NCBI GenBank assembly: GCA_039714675.1
Contig: JBDLIV010000001.1
Coordinates: forward strand, 2,747-66,746
Source of the DNA: Thermodesulfobacteriota bacterium
GTDB taxonomy: Bacteria > Desulfobacterota > Desulfobacteria > Desulfobacterales > Desulfobacteraceae
Reading direction: 5' to 3'
DNA: 64,000 bases
Position numbers and translations under genes: made by a program. How positions within the stretch are numbered: the stretch's first letter is position 1; each line of letters starts with the position of its first letter. Shown one piece after another: positions 28,722 through 37,458 of this stretch. Below the pieces are notes generated by a model. That model did not search any database. It had not been told where the DNA came from and worked only from the letters and a program-made list of their open reading frames with translations.

Positions 28722-30148
28722 TGAAAAATTATCCAATAATTAAACTTTTCGTGATAATCATTGCCCTTTTCTGGGCAGCACCGGGGATATGCACCCAGAG
28801 CTTTGACAAGGTAAGTGGAGAAATAGATCAGGAAGCAGCCCGCGCTTCCAAAGACGCAGCATTAACACAACAGCTTGTTAAAAAAGATAAAAAAGAACTT
28901 ACAGCAATTCTTGCCAAAATCAAACTTGGCATTCAAAAAGAACAAAAAGCCCTTGATGCCCTTAAAAATAAGTTCAATACTTTAAGCAAACAGGAACTGG
29001 ATCTTCAAAACGAACTGGATAATGAACACAAAGAAATCCAGGACGTGGAAGGAAGCGTAAGAGGAGCATTAAAGGACGCTGTTTCCATGGTAAGGGACAA
29101 TCCAATCACAGCCCAGCACCCGGAAAGAAGCACCATGGTAAATGCCATGATGGACTCAAAAAAGTTTCCCGGAATACAGGGCATAAAGTCTATTGTAGAC
29201 CTTTATTTTCATGAACTTGCAGCCGGAAGTGAAATAATCCGCTACCAGGGAGAATTCGTGGGCACTGACGGTAAAATGAGCAAGGGAGAAATCATCAGGG
29301 CCGGCCGTTTTACCTCTTATATAAAAACCGGCGATACTACAGGGTTTTTAAAACCAGAACCTGAAGGAGAAAGACTGCTTGCAGTTGCAGGCGAAGTTCC
29401 GGGAACTGCCCAAAAAGCTATGGCATCCTTTTATAATGGAGCAGGATCTGTACTTCCAATAGATCCTTCAGGCGGTGCAGTATTTGCCCAGCTAACCGAA
29501 AAAACTGACTGGCGCGACTTTATGGAAAAAGGCGGCATCCTTATGTGGCCCATCCTGATACTTGGCGCAGTGGCTTTGCTGTTAATTTTGGAACGTTTGA
29601 TTATATTGGGTACAACCAAAGCCAATACAGACAAGATCATGAAAAAAATCAATACTGCCGCCCAAACCAAAAACTGGGATGAATGCAAAGCAATATGTTC
29701 AAAAAACAAAAGTGTTCCCACCTGCAATATGCTTAAAGGTGCCCTCAAACACATAGGAGCCACCCAGGAAGTGTTGGAAAATGCTCTCCAAGAAGGTATT
29801 TTACGCCAAATGCCCAAATTAGAAAGATTCTTGCCCACCATGGGAGTATTAGCAGCCATAGCCCCTTTAATGGGACTTTTGGGAACTGTAACAGGCATGA
29901 TCAATATCTTCCGTGTAATCACAGTAGTTGGAACAGGAGATCCAAGGGTAATGTCCGGTGGTATCTCGGAAGCTCTTTTAACAACACAGTTTGGCCTTGC
30001 AGTAGCTATCCCACTTATGATCGTGCATCACTTTTTTGAACGAAGAGTGGACAGGATTGTAGGAGACATGGAAGAAAAAGGAACAGCATTTGCAGTAACC
30101 CTGATAGAAAAGGGAGCCATAACAGAAAAAGAGGCCGCAAGTGTTTGA
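28721..30148 (+). CDS. Long MotA/TolQ/ExbB-family protein (TtpC-like)
   Basis: Signal peptide, coiled coil, PIDPSGG, APLMGLLGTVTGMI, GISEALLTT. Confidence 0.9.
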   Translation: MKNYPIIKLFVIIIALFWAAPGICTQSFDKVSGEIDQEAARASKDAALTQQLVKKDKKELTAILAKIKLGIQKEQKALDALKNKFNTLSKQELDLQNELDNEHKEIQDVEGSVRGALKDAVSMVRDNPITAQHPERSTMVNAMMDSKKFPGIQGIKSIVDLYFHELAAGSEIIRYQGEFVGTDGKMSKGEIIRAGRFTSYIKTGDTTGFLKPEPEGERLLAVAGEVPGTAQKAMASFYNGAGSVLPIDPSGGAVFAQLTEKTDWRDFMEKGGILMWPILILGAVALLLILERLIILGTTKANTDKIMKKINTAAQTKNWDECKAICSKNKSVPTCNMLKGALKHIGATQEVLENALQEGILRQMPKLERFLPTMGVLAAIAPLMGLLGTVTGMINIFRVITVVGTGDPRVMSGGISEALLTTQFGLAVAIPLMIVHHFFERRVDRIVGDMEEKGTAFAVTLIEKGAITEKEAASV

Positions 30149-30755
30149 AGATATCTGGGGCAACACGCTTGAACATTTAGAAACCGGCGGCGGGGTAATG
30201 ATCCCGTTAATAGCGGTCTCTATTGTAATGTTCCTGCTGATTGTAAAAAAATACCTGGATCTGCAGGCATTTTCAAAAAGAGATAAACCTATTGCCGAGA
30301 TAGTAAAGATCTATCATGAACCCGGCTTTGCTGCTGCACAATGGCAGCATCAAATAATAGAAGGTTTTTTGCCCAAAAGAACTTTTAATGAAGACATGGA
30401 CAGGAATATCATAGAAAGCCTCAGACTTCGCCAGGAAGCATTTTTAAGCAAGGATACAAAAACAATAGCTATCCTTGCAGGAGTAGCCCCCCTTCTCGGA
30501 CTTCTGGGCACAGTAGGAGGCATGATATCCACCTTTGCCGTAATCTCACAATTTGGAACAGGTAATGCCAAAGCCCTTGCTTCAGGAATATCAGAAGCCC
30601 TGATCACCACCCAGACAGGATTGATCGTGGCAGTGCCGGGACTCTTTCTGGCAAATTACCTGTCCCGCAGAAGCGAGAAAAAAAAAGAGCGTATGAAACG
30701 CTTCTGCCTCGGGTTATTAAGATCCCATACTTTAATAAAGGAAGAACATAAATGA
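30141..30755 (+). CDS. exbB: ExbB proton channel protein
   Basis: APLLGLLGTVGGMI, GISEALITT. GTG start overlaps the upstream gene. Confidence 0.9.
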   Translation: MFEDIWGNTLEHLETGGGVMIPLIAVSIVMFLLIVKKYLDLQAFSKRDKPIAEIVKIYHEPGFAAAQWQHQIIEGFLPKRTFNEDMDRNIIESLRLRQEAFLSKDTKTIAILAGVAPLLGLLGTVGGMISTFAVISQFGTGNAKALASGISEALITTQTGLIVAVPGLFLANYLSRRSEKKKERMKRFCLGLLRSHTLIKEEHK

Positions 30756-31165
30756 AAAAGATCATTGGTGGCCGTTCCAGAAGATCCGGGGACGCAGAAC
30801 TCAACATGGCATCATTAATTGATATGGTATTTATCCTTTTGATTTTTTTCCTGGTGACCACAAGCTTTGTAAAGGAAGCAGGAGTTGATGTACAAAGACC
30901 TATTGCCTCAACAGCAGAAACCAAGGAAAAGACCAACATGGTGATAGCCGTAACCCATGAAGGCACCATCTTTGTTGAAAGCCGAACCATAGACATCAGA
31001 TCGGTCAGAGCCTACATGGAACGCTTTTTAGCAGAAACCCCCAAAGGCTCAGTAGTAATAGCAGCAGACAAAGACAGTAAAACAGGGGTAGTAATCCAGG
31101 TATTGGACGCCTGCCGCCTTGCCGGAGTAAAAAATGTAAGTGTAGCAGCCAGGAGGCCTGAATGA
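30752..31165 (+). CDS. exbD: ExbD/TolR biopolymer transport protein
   Basis: LNMASLIDMVFILLIFFLVTTSF, IAAD. Confidence 0.93.
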   Translation: MKKIIGGRSRRSGDAELNMASLIDMVFILLIFFLVTTSFVKEAGVDVQRPIASTAETKEKTNMVIAVTHEGTIFVESRTIDIRSVRAYMERFLAETPKGSVVIAADKDSKTGVVIQVLDACRLAGVKNVSVAARRPE

Positions 31166-31821
31166 GCCGGGCAAGCCTTATGCGGTTCTCCATGGCACTC
31201 ATGGCCACAGTGCTGATAAATGCCTTGCTGTTTGCAGGACTGCCCCTGTTAACCCGTGTAACAGACCGTGAAAAGCCGGACAGTTTTGAAAGTCCTATCA
31301 TGATTGCCCACATAAAACCTTTAAAACCGCCTGAAGAGCAAAAACAGCGCGAGCTTAAAGAAAGAAAGCTCAAGCAGATGAACAAGAAAAATACTAAAAC
31401 TTCCCAGTCCAAACCTAAAATAGAAGCTTCCAAGTTTGATTTTGCAACTGATATGGGAGGAAGCGGCATAGGTATGCAGGTCGGCGGCATGGGTAAAATG
31501 CAAAGCTTTAAATCAGAGATGCAGAACATAGAGTTTGAGCTCACAGAAGTGGATACCCCACCAAGGGTAACCCGCAAAGCACCTCCTGTCTATCCTTTTG
31601 GAGCCAAACGCAAGGGAATTACAGGATATGTGATGATCCGATGCCTTATAGGCATAGACGGCAAACCTGCAAAATTAAAAATAATCAAATCAAAACCTGA
31701 AGGAGTGTTTGATGATGCAGGTCTTGCAGCAGTGCAGAAATGGCGGTTCAAACCCGGTATCCTTGGAGGTGAAGCTGTACCGACATGGGTGAGAATACCG
31801 TTTAAATTTTCTCTGGATTAA
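31162..31821 (+). CDS. tonB: Energy transducer TonB
   Basis: N-terminal TM anchor, PVYPFGAKRKGITG, VFDDA...KWRFKP. Confidence 0.93.
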   Translation: MSRASLMRFSMALMATVLINALLFAGLPLLTRVTDREKPDSFESPIMIAHIKPLKPPEEQKQRELKERKLKQMNKKNTKTSQSKPKIEASKFDFATDMGGSGIGMQVGGMGKMQSFKSEMQNIEFELTEVDTPPRVTRKAPPVYPFGAKRKGITGYVMIRCLIGIDGKPAKLKIIKSKPEGVFDDAGLAAVQKWRFKPGILGGEAVPTWVRIPFKFSLD

Positions 31822-31837
31822 AGGATATGGCAAAATT

Positions 31838-33043
31838 ATGGAAATGAAAGCATATAAACTATTTTTAAAAACGCTATGTATCTTTATGGTACTCTTTTTT
31901 GCCTTTAATGCACAGGCTGGAACAAAGGTGGCAGACCTTCCCAAAGAGGCCATAAAGGCAATGTATCTTGCTCAGCAGGCTTTGCAGGAGAAAAAGTATG
32001 ATGAAACCATCATAGTCCTTGAAGAGTATATGAAAGAAGCAACAAAACCCATCCCCTTGCCGGCTTACCAGATGCTGGGCTATGCCTGGTATGAGAAAAA
32101 AGAGCCTGAAAAAACCCGTCAGGTCTATGAAAAGGCACACAAGGCGTTCCCTGACAATGCGGAAATGCTGCAGAACTATACCATCCTTACCTATGAAACC
32201 GGCAACCTTCTCAAAGCAGGGCAGCTGTTTGAAAAGCTCTACCGCTTAAAAGGCAGCACAGATAAAAAAATACTGTACCAGGCTTCAGGTATCTACTACC
32301 AGGCAGAAAACTTTAAAGAAGCCAAAAGAGTTCTAACCCAGCTGTTAAACTCCAAGGGAGAAAAAGAATCCAGATGCTACGAGGACATGATAGCCATCTG
32401 CCTTGAACTCAAGGACTGGCTTACAGCAGAAAAATGGGCTAAAACCTATCTTGAAAAAGACCCGGCTCAAGCCAGATACTGGAGACTGTTAGCCCAGATG
32501 CGCCTTGACCGTGAAGAATACAAAGCAGCAGCATCAGCCCTTGAGATAGCCTACCGCCTTGAAAACGCAAAATCAGCAGAATGGCGTGAACTGTCCGATC
32601 TGTACATGTACCTCAATGCCCCCTTAATGGCAGCCAGATGCACCCAAAAAGCCTTTGGCAATAATATCCCGGAGAAACAAAAAATCCGCCTTGCCAGAAT
32701 CTATGCCCGCACCCAAAGGTTTGACAAAGGCATATCTTACTTAAATGCCGCCTACAAAGAAAACCCGTCAGCTCAACTACTGTTTGAAAAGGGAAGAATG
32801 CTCTACGATGCAGGACGGTATAAAGAGGCCATAGAGGTATTTGCAGCCTGCACCAAAATGGACAAAAAACTGGGCAATGCTTATATATTAGCCGGGTTTG
32901 CAGCCTGGAACATCAAGGCGTTTGAAAAAGCTCGCAGTTTTTTTGCTGCTGCCACAGTTTTGCCCAAACACAGGGAGCAGGCCAATGATGCGGTGCTTGT
33001 ATTAGACGACCTCATGGCTGCCATGTCTGAAACTGCAAATTAA
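31838..33043 (+). CDS. Periplasmic tetratricopeptide-repeat protein (TtpD-like)
   Basis: Signal peptide, repeated TPR-like helical pattern, last gene of the TonB operon. Confidence 0.8.
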   Translation: MEMKAYKLFLKTLCIFMVLFFAFNAQAGTKVADLPKEAIKAMYLAQQALQEKKYDETIIVLEEYMKEATKPIPLPAYQMLGYAWYEKKEPEKTRQVYEKAHKAFPDNAEMLQNYTILTYETGNLLKAGQLFEKLYRLKGSTDKKILYQASGIYYQAENFKEAKRVLTQLLNSKGEKESRCYEDMIAICLELKDWLTAEKWAKTYLEKDPAQARYWRLLAQMRLDREEYKAAASALEIAYRLENAKSAEWRELSDLYMYLNAPLMAARCTQKAFGNNIPEKQKIRLARIYARTQRFDKGISYLNAAYKENPSAQLLFEKGRMLYDAGRYKEAIEVFAACTKMDKKLGNAYILAGFAAWNIKAFEKARSFFAAATVLPKHREQANDAVLVLDDLMAAMSETAN

Positions 33044-33098
33044 CAAAAATTTTATCCCATAAAATTCATGGGCTTTAAAAATTACAGATAAGATCAAA

Positions 33099-34304
33099 AT
33101 GAAAACTGAAAATTTTATTCAAATAGAAAATGAACTTGGAGCCCATAACTATAAGCCCCTTGATGTTATCCTTACAAAAGGACAGGGAATATGGGTATGG
33201 GATATTGACGGCAATAAATATATGGACTGCCTTTCTGCATACTCTGCAGTAAACCAGGGGCATTGTCACCCTGAAATATACAAAGTTCTTGTGGAACAGG
33301 CAAAAAAACTCACCCTTACATCCCGGGCATTCAGAAATGACCAGCTTGCCCCGTTGTACCAGGATCTGAGCAGGCTTACAGATTCTCACAAGGTACTTCC
33401 CATGAACAGTGGTGCCGAAGCTATTGAAACCGCAATAAAAACTGTTCGAAAATGGGGTTATGAAACCAGGGGTATCCCTGAAGGCAAGGCTGAAATTATT
33501 GTTTGTGATAATAATTTTCATGGACGTACACTTTCAATTATCAGCTTTAGTTCTGATGACAATGCCCGTAAAAATTTTGGGCCTTTTACACCTGGATTTA
33601 AATCCATTCCATTTGGTGATATCACTGCACTTGAAAATGCAATCAATATGAATACGGTTGCCTTTATGGTTGAGCCTATCCAGGGTGAGGCCGGAGTCAT
33701 AATACCGCCTGATGGTTATCTTAAAGATGCAAGAGAAATATGTACAAAAAAAGATATTGTTTTTATTCTTGATGAAATTCAGACAGGCCTTGGAAGAACA
33801 GGAAAACTGCTTGCCGAGGAACATGAAGGTGTACAGGCTGATCTTACCCTTATAGGCAAAGCCCTGTCCGGTGGTTTTTATCCTGTTTCTGCCGTACTGT
33901 CCAACACCGAAATTTTGGGAACTCTTAAACCCGGGCAGCACGGAAGTACATTTGGAGGTAATCCATTGGCATGTGCTGTTGCAAGAAAAGCTCTTGAAGT
34001 CCTTGTTAAGGAGAATATGGTTGAAAATGCAGCAGTGATGGGAGAGTATTTTTTAAACGAGCTTAAAAAAATCAACTCACCTGTAGTTAAAGAGATCAGG
34101 GGCCGCGGTCTTATGATAGCCATAGAACTTTTGCCCGAAGCAAAGGGCGGAGCAAGAGCTGTGTGCAAAAAACTTATGCATAAAGGAATATTATGCAAAG
34201 AAACTCATGAGACAATCATCCGGTTTGCACCTCCGCTTGTGATAAATAAAGAAGAAGTCGATATGGCGGTAGACAAAATAAAAAAAGCGATTTTTGAAAA
34301 TTAA
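33099..34304 (+). CDS. rocD: Ornithine-oxo-acid aminotransferase
   Basis: [51 protein letters not shown]. Confidence 0.95.
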   Translation: MKTENFIQIENELGAHNYKPLDVILTKGQGIWVWDIDGNKYMDCLSAYSAVNQGHCHPEIYKVLVEQAKKLTLTSRAFRNDQLAPLYQDLSRLTDSHKVLPMNSGAEAIETAIKTVRKWGYETRGIPEGKAEIIVCDNNFHGRTLSIISFSSDDNARKNFGPFTPGFKSIPFGDITALENAINMNTVAFMVEPIQGEAGVIIPPDGYLKDAREICTKKDIVFILDEIQTGLGRTGKLLAEEHEGVQADLTLIGKALSGGFYPVSAVLSNTEILGTLKPGQHGSTFGGNPLACAVARKALEVLVKENMVENAAVMGEYFLNELKKINSPVVKEIRGRGLMIAIELLPEAKGGARAVCKKLMHKGILCKETHETIIRFAPPLVINKEEVDMAVDKIKKAIFEN

Positions 34305-34396
34305 ACCACGTAAAAAAGCAGTGGAAAAAATTTTGCAAAACAGATCTTATTTCGTTTGTATAAAAATATTTTTTTTAAAAGTATCTCTATAATCTG

Positions 34397-34879
34397 ATGG
34401 AGGATGTTTTGGATATAGTAATTTGTTATGATGGAACCAGCCCTGCAAAGGCTGCAATAAATATGGGCATTCAAATGTGCAGAGTATTTAATGCGAAGGC
34501 TCACATAGTAATGTCTGTAAATATAGAGGACAGCCAAAACGAAAAATATGAATTCATAGAAAATGAGCTATCAAAGGAGCAAAAGATTTTAACACATGCT
34601 GAATTGGTTTTAAAAGAAGCTGCCAAATATATGACAGAGGCGCAAATCCCTTGTAAAACTCACTTGTTGAACCGCGGGCTGACCCCCGGTGAAGATTTTG
34701 TATCCTTTGCCAAAGAGATCAATGCAGGGTATATTGTTATTGGAGTCCGCCAGAGATCTAAAGTAGGTAAACTTTTGACAGGTTCCACAGCACAACATAC
34801 AATTTTAAAAGCTCACTGCCCGGTGTTAACCATACCTCCAAAGGCACAAACCAACATTAAGGAGGCATTTGCAACATGA
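34397..34879 (+). CDS. Universal stress protein (UspA family)
   Basis: IVICYDG, IVIGVRQRSKVGKLLTGS, AHCPVLTI. Confidence 0.9.
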   Translation: MEDVLDIVICYDGTSPAKAAINMGIQMCRVFNAKAHIVMSVNIEDSQNEKYEFIENELSKEQKILTHAELVLKEAAKYMTEAQIPCKTHLLNRGLTPGEDFVSFAKEINAGYIVIGVRQRSKVGKLLTGSTAQHTILKAHCPVLTIPPKAQTNIKEAFAT

Positions 34880-34909
34880 CCATTAAAACAAAAAATAAAA
34901 GAGGTTATT

Positions 34910-35608
34910 ATGTTAAAAAAAAATATTGCACTTTTTAAGTACAAAAATATTATCTTTATTTTAATGATACCATGCCTTGTTATGTTCTCTGCATGTGTCA
35001 GTAACACTCTCCCTCAAACAACCCATGATGGTCTTGTTCTGGTATCTGACACCAAATTTGGTGAAGTGTACAAAAAGCCCTATGCACAGCTAATCGAATA
35101 TAAAAAATTTATTCTTGCTCCCTGCCAGGTTGCATTTGAAAAAAACTGGTTAGGAGACCAGAACATGAATCGAAATCTTAGCCAAAGAGTTTCACAAAAA
35201 GATGTGAATCGTATCAAGCAAGCCTTAAGTACAGAGTGTGACAAATATTTTAAGCAGGCTCTATTGCAGGAACCGGCCTACCCATTAACTGATATTACTG
35301 ATAAGGATCAACCTGTGCTGATTTTACGCCCATCTATTATCAACCTTGAAATAAACGCACCTGATGTGCGCTCTCCAGGCAGAAGCCGGATATTTACAAC
35401 CAGCGCCGGGGAGATGACTCTATTCCTTGAATTGATAGACAGTATAAGTGGTGAGATATTAGCAAGAGTAGTCGATAAACGGCAGGGCCTTGATAGCGGC
35501 CGCATGCAATGGACAAACAGCATAACTAACAGAGTAGAGGCAGAACGTATCCTGGCACAATGGGCAAGACTGCTGCGCAGCGAATTGGATGCAGCATACA
35601 AACAATAA
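34910..35608 (+). CDS. DUF3313-like lipoprotein
   Basis: Lipobox FSAC; THDGL, GEMTLFLELIDSISGEILARVVD. Confidence 0.7.
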   Translation: MLKKNIALFKYKNIIFILMIPCLVMFSACVSNTLPQTTHDGLVLVSDTKFGEVYKKPYAQLIEYKKFILAPCQVAFEKNWLGDQNMNRNLSQRVSQKDVNRIKQALSTECDKYFKQALLQEPAYPLTDITDKDQPVLILRPSIINLEINAPDVRSPGRSRIFTTSAGEMTLFLELIDSISGEILARVVDKRQGLDSGRMQWTNSITNRVEAERILAQWARLLRSELDAAYKQ

Positions 35609-35796
35609 AATATAATATTAGCAAACAAGGTTGATTAAAATTAGGAGAACTTGTAGCATCTGGACCTGTCACTGCCTGTCTCAGTTAAATTATGGAAGAT
35701 GTTTTAACCTTTAAAAATGGAAAATATTCCCACTGGTTCCAAAAACTGTATTGACCTGGTATTTAAAAGACAACTAAGACCTATGGAGATCTACCA

Positions 35797-36597
35797 ATGA
35801 AAATAGCCCTGGCTCAGTCAGTTATCAGTAGTGAAATAGAAGAAAATTTGCAAAAATCGTTAGATTGCATGGATATTGCCTCGTCAAAAGGAGCTGATCT
35901 TATTTGTTTTCCCGAGGTTCAATTCAGCCCTTTTTTTCCTCAATTTCCTGGAAAAGATGCTTCTGAATATGCCATGGAAATAGATCACAAAATAGTTAAA
36001 CAGCTTCAGGCCAAATGTCGTGAACTCAATTTGATATGTGTTCCTAATTTTTATTTAAAACAAGGACACAATCATTATGATGCTTCTCCGCTTATTAATT
36101 CTAACGGCTCAATTTCAAAAATCTCCAAAATGGTTCATATAGCACAATTTCCCTGTTTTTTTGAGCAGGATTATTACACACCTTCTGATGACGGTTTTAT
36201 AGTATATGATACCCCTTTTGGGAAAATTGGTATTGTGATATGCTTTGACAGGCATATACCGGAAAGTATAAGAACCTGTGTGCTCAAAGGGGCTCAACTA
36301 ATCATTATCCCAACTGTAAATACAAAAGCAGAACCCCTTGAAATGTTTGAGTGGGAATTAAGAGTTCCGGCAATGCAAAATAGTGTTTTTATAGCCATGT
36401 GTAATCGTGTCGGCAAGGAAGCTGATATGGATTTTTGCGGAGAATCTCTTGTAGTCGGTCCTGATGGAGGTGTGATTGCCAAAGCTGATGACACAGAACA
36501 GATATTATATGCAGACATAGATTTCTCGATGATTGATATTAACAGGAAAAAAAATCAATATTTATCTTTGAGGCGTCCTGAATTTTATCAAAACTAA
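35797..36597 (+). CDS. Carbon-nitrogen hydrolase (N-carbamoylputrescine amidase-like)
   Basis: Catalytic triad motifs FPE, KMVHI, ICFD; FFEQDYY, NRVG. Confidence 0.85.
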   Translation: MKIALAQSVISSEIEENLQKSLDCMDIASSKGADLICFPEVQFSPFFPQFPGKDASEYAMEIDHKIVKQLQAKCRELNLICVPNFYLKQGHNHYDASPLINSNGSISKISKMVHIAQFPCFFEQDYYTPSDDGFIVYDTPFGKIGIVICFDRHIPESIRTCVLKGAQLIIIPTVNTKAEPLEMFEWELRVPAMQNSVFIAMCNRVGKEADMDFCGESLVVGPDGGVIAKADDTEQILYADIDFSMIDINRKKNQYLSLRRPEFYQN

Positions 36598-36633
36598 ACC
36601 GCTCCCGGCAAAGGGTTTTGGAGAACTAAAACA

Positions 36634-37452
36634 ATGAAAATTGCCCAGTTTCAAATGCCTGTTACAGATGATAAAGAAGCCAACATCCAGACTGTAAGGG
36701 ATTGGTGTCGGAAAATTAAAGATGAGCAAATCGACCTTATATGTCTGCCGGAGATGTTTAACTGCCCTTACGAAACTTCCAAATTTCCGGAATATGCGGA
36801 AAGCGGTAAAGGAGAAACGTGGCAGGCGTTGTCATCGCTGGCAAAAGAGAATGCTGTCTACATTGCAGGTGGTTCAATACCGGAATTGGAAGATGGCCGA
36901 TATTATAATACAGCTTATGTTTTTGATCGGGAAGGCAGGCAAATCGGCAAACACCGGAAAATGCACCTTTTTGATATTGATATCAAAGACGGCCAGCGTT
37001 TCATGGAATCTGACATTCTTTCTGCCGGTGATAAAGTAACAGTGGTAGATACCGAGTTCGGTAAAATCGGGATTGCCATATGTTATGATATCCGATTTCC
37101 GGAACTGACAAGGCTTATGACGCTGGCTGGAGCCAAAGTAGTTTTTATCCCGGCTGCGTTTAACATGACTACCGGCCCTGCTCACTGGGAATTGCTTTTC
37201 AGGTGCAGGGCTCTTGACAACCAGGTTTATCTGTTCGGTACAGCCTCGGCTCAAAATCCGGATGCCGGCTATCAATCGTATGGGCATTCACTCGCAGTTT
37301 CACCCTGGGGAAAAATTATCAAACAACTGGATTCCCATGAAGGCATCCTTATCAATATTGTGGACAAAACCCATCTGCATGAAATCAGAGAGCAATTACC
37401 GCTTTTAAAGCACCGCAGAACCGACATTTACGATGTCAACAAAATCCACTGA
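36634..37452 (+). CDS. Carbon-nitrogen hydrolase (omega-amidase/Nit-like)
   Basis: LPEMF, HRKMHLFD, ICYDIRFPE, TTGPAHW, RALDNQ. Confidence 0.9.
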   Translation: MKIAQFQMPVTDDKEANIQTVRDWCRKIKDEQIDLICLPEMFNCPYETSKFPEYAESGKGETWQALSSLAKENAVYIAGGSIPELEDGRYYNTAYVFDREGRQIGKHRKMHLFDIDIKDGQRFMESDILSAGDKVTVVDTEFGKIGIAICYDIRFPELTRLMTLAGAKVVFIPAAFNMTTGPAHWELLFRCRALDNQVYLFGTASAQNPDAGYQSYGHSLAVSPWGKIIKQLDSHEGILINIVDKTHLHEIREQLPLLKHRRTDIYDVNKIH

Positions 37453-37458
37453 GCTTTT

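Noticed and set aside
35638-35754. Stop-interrupted frame KLGELVASGPVTACLS*IMEDVLTFKNGKYSHWFQKLY* as a pseudogene
   Set aside because: Too short and not recognisable without a search.
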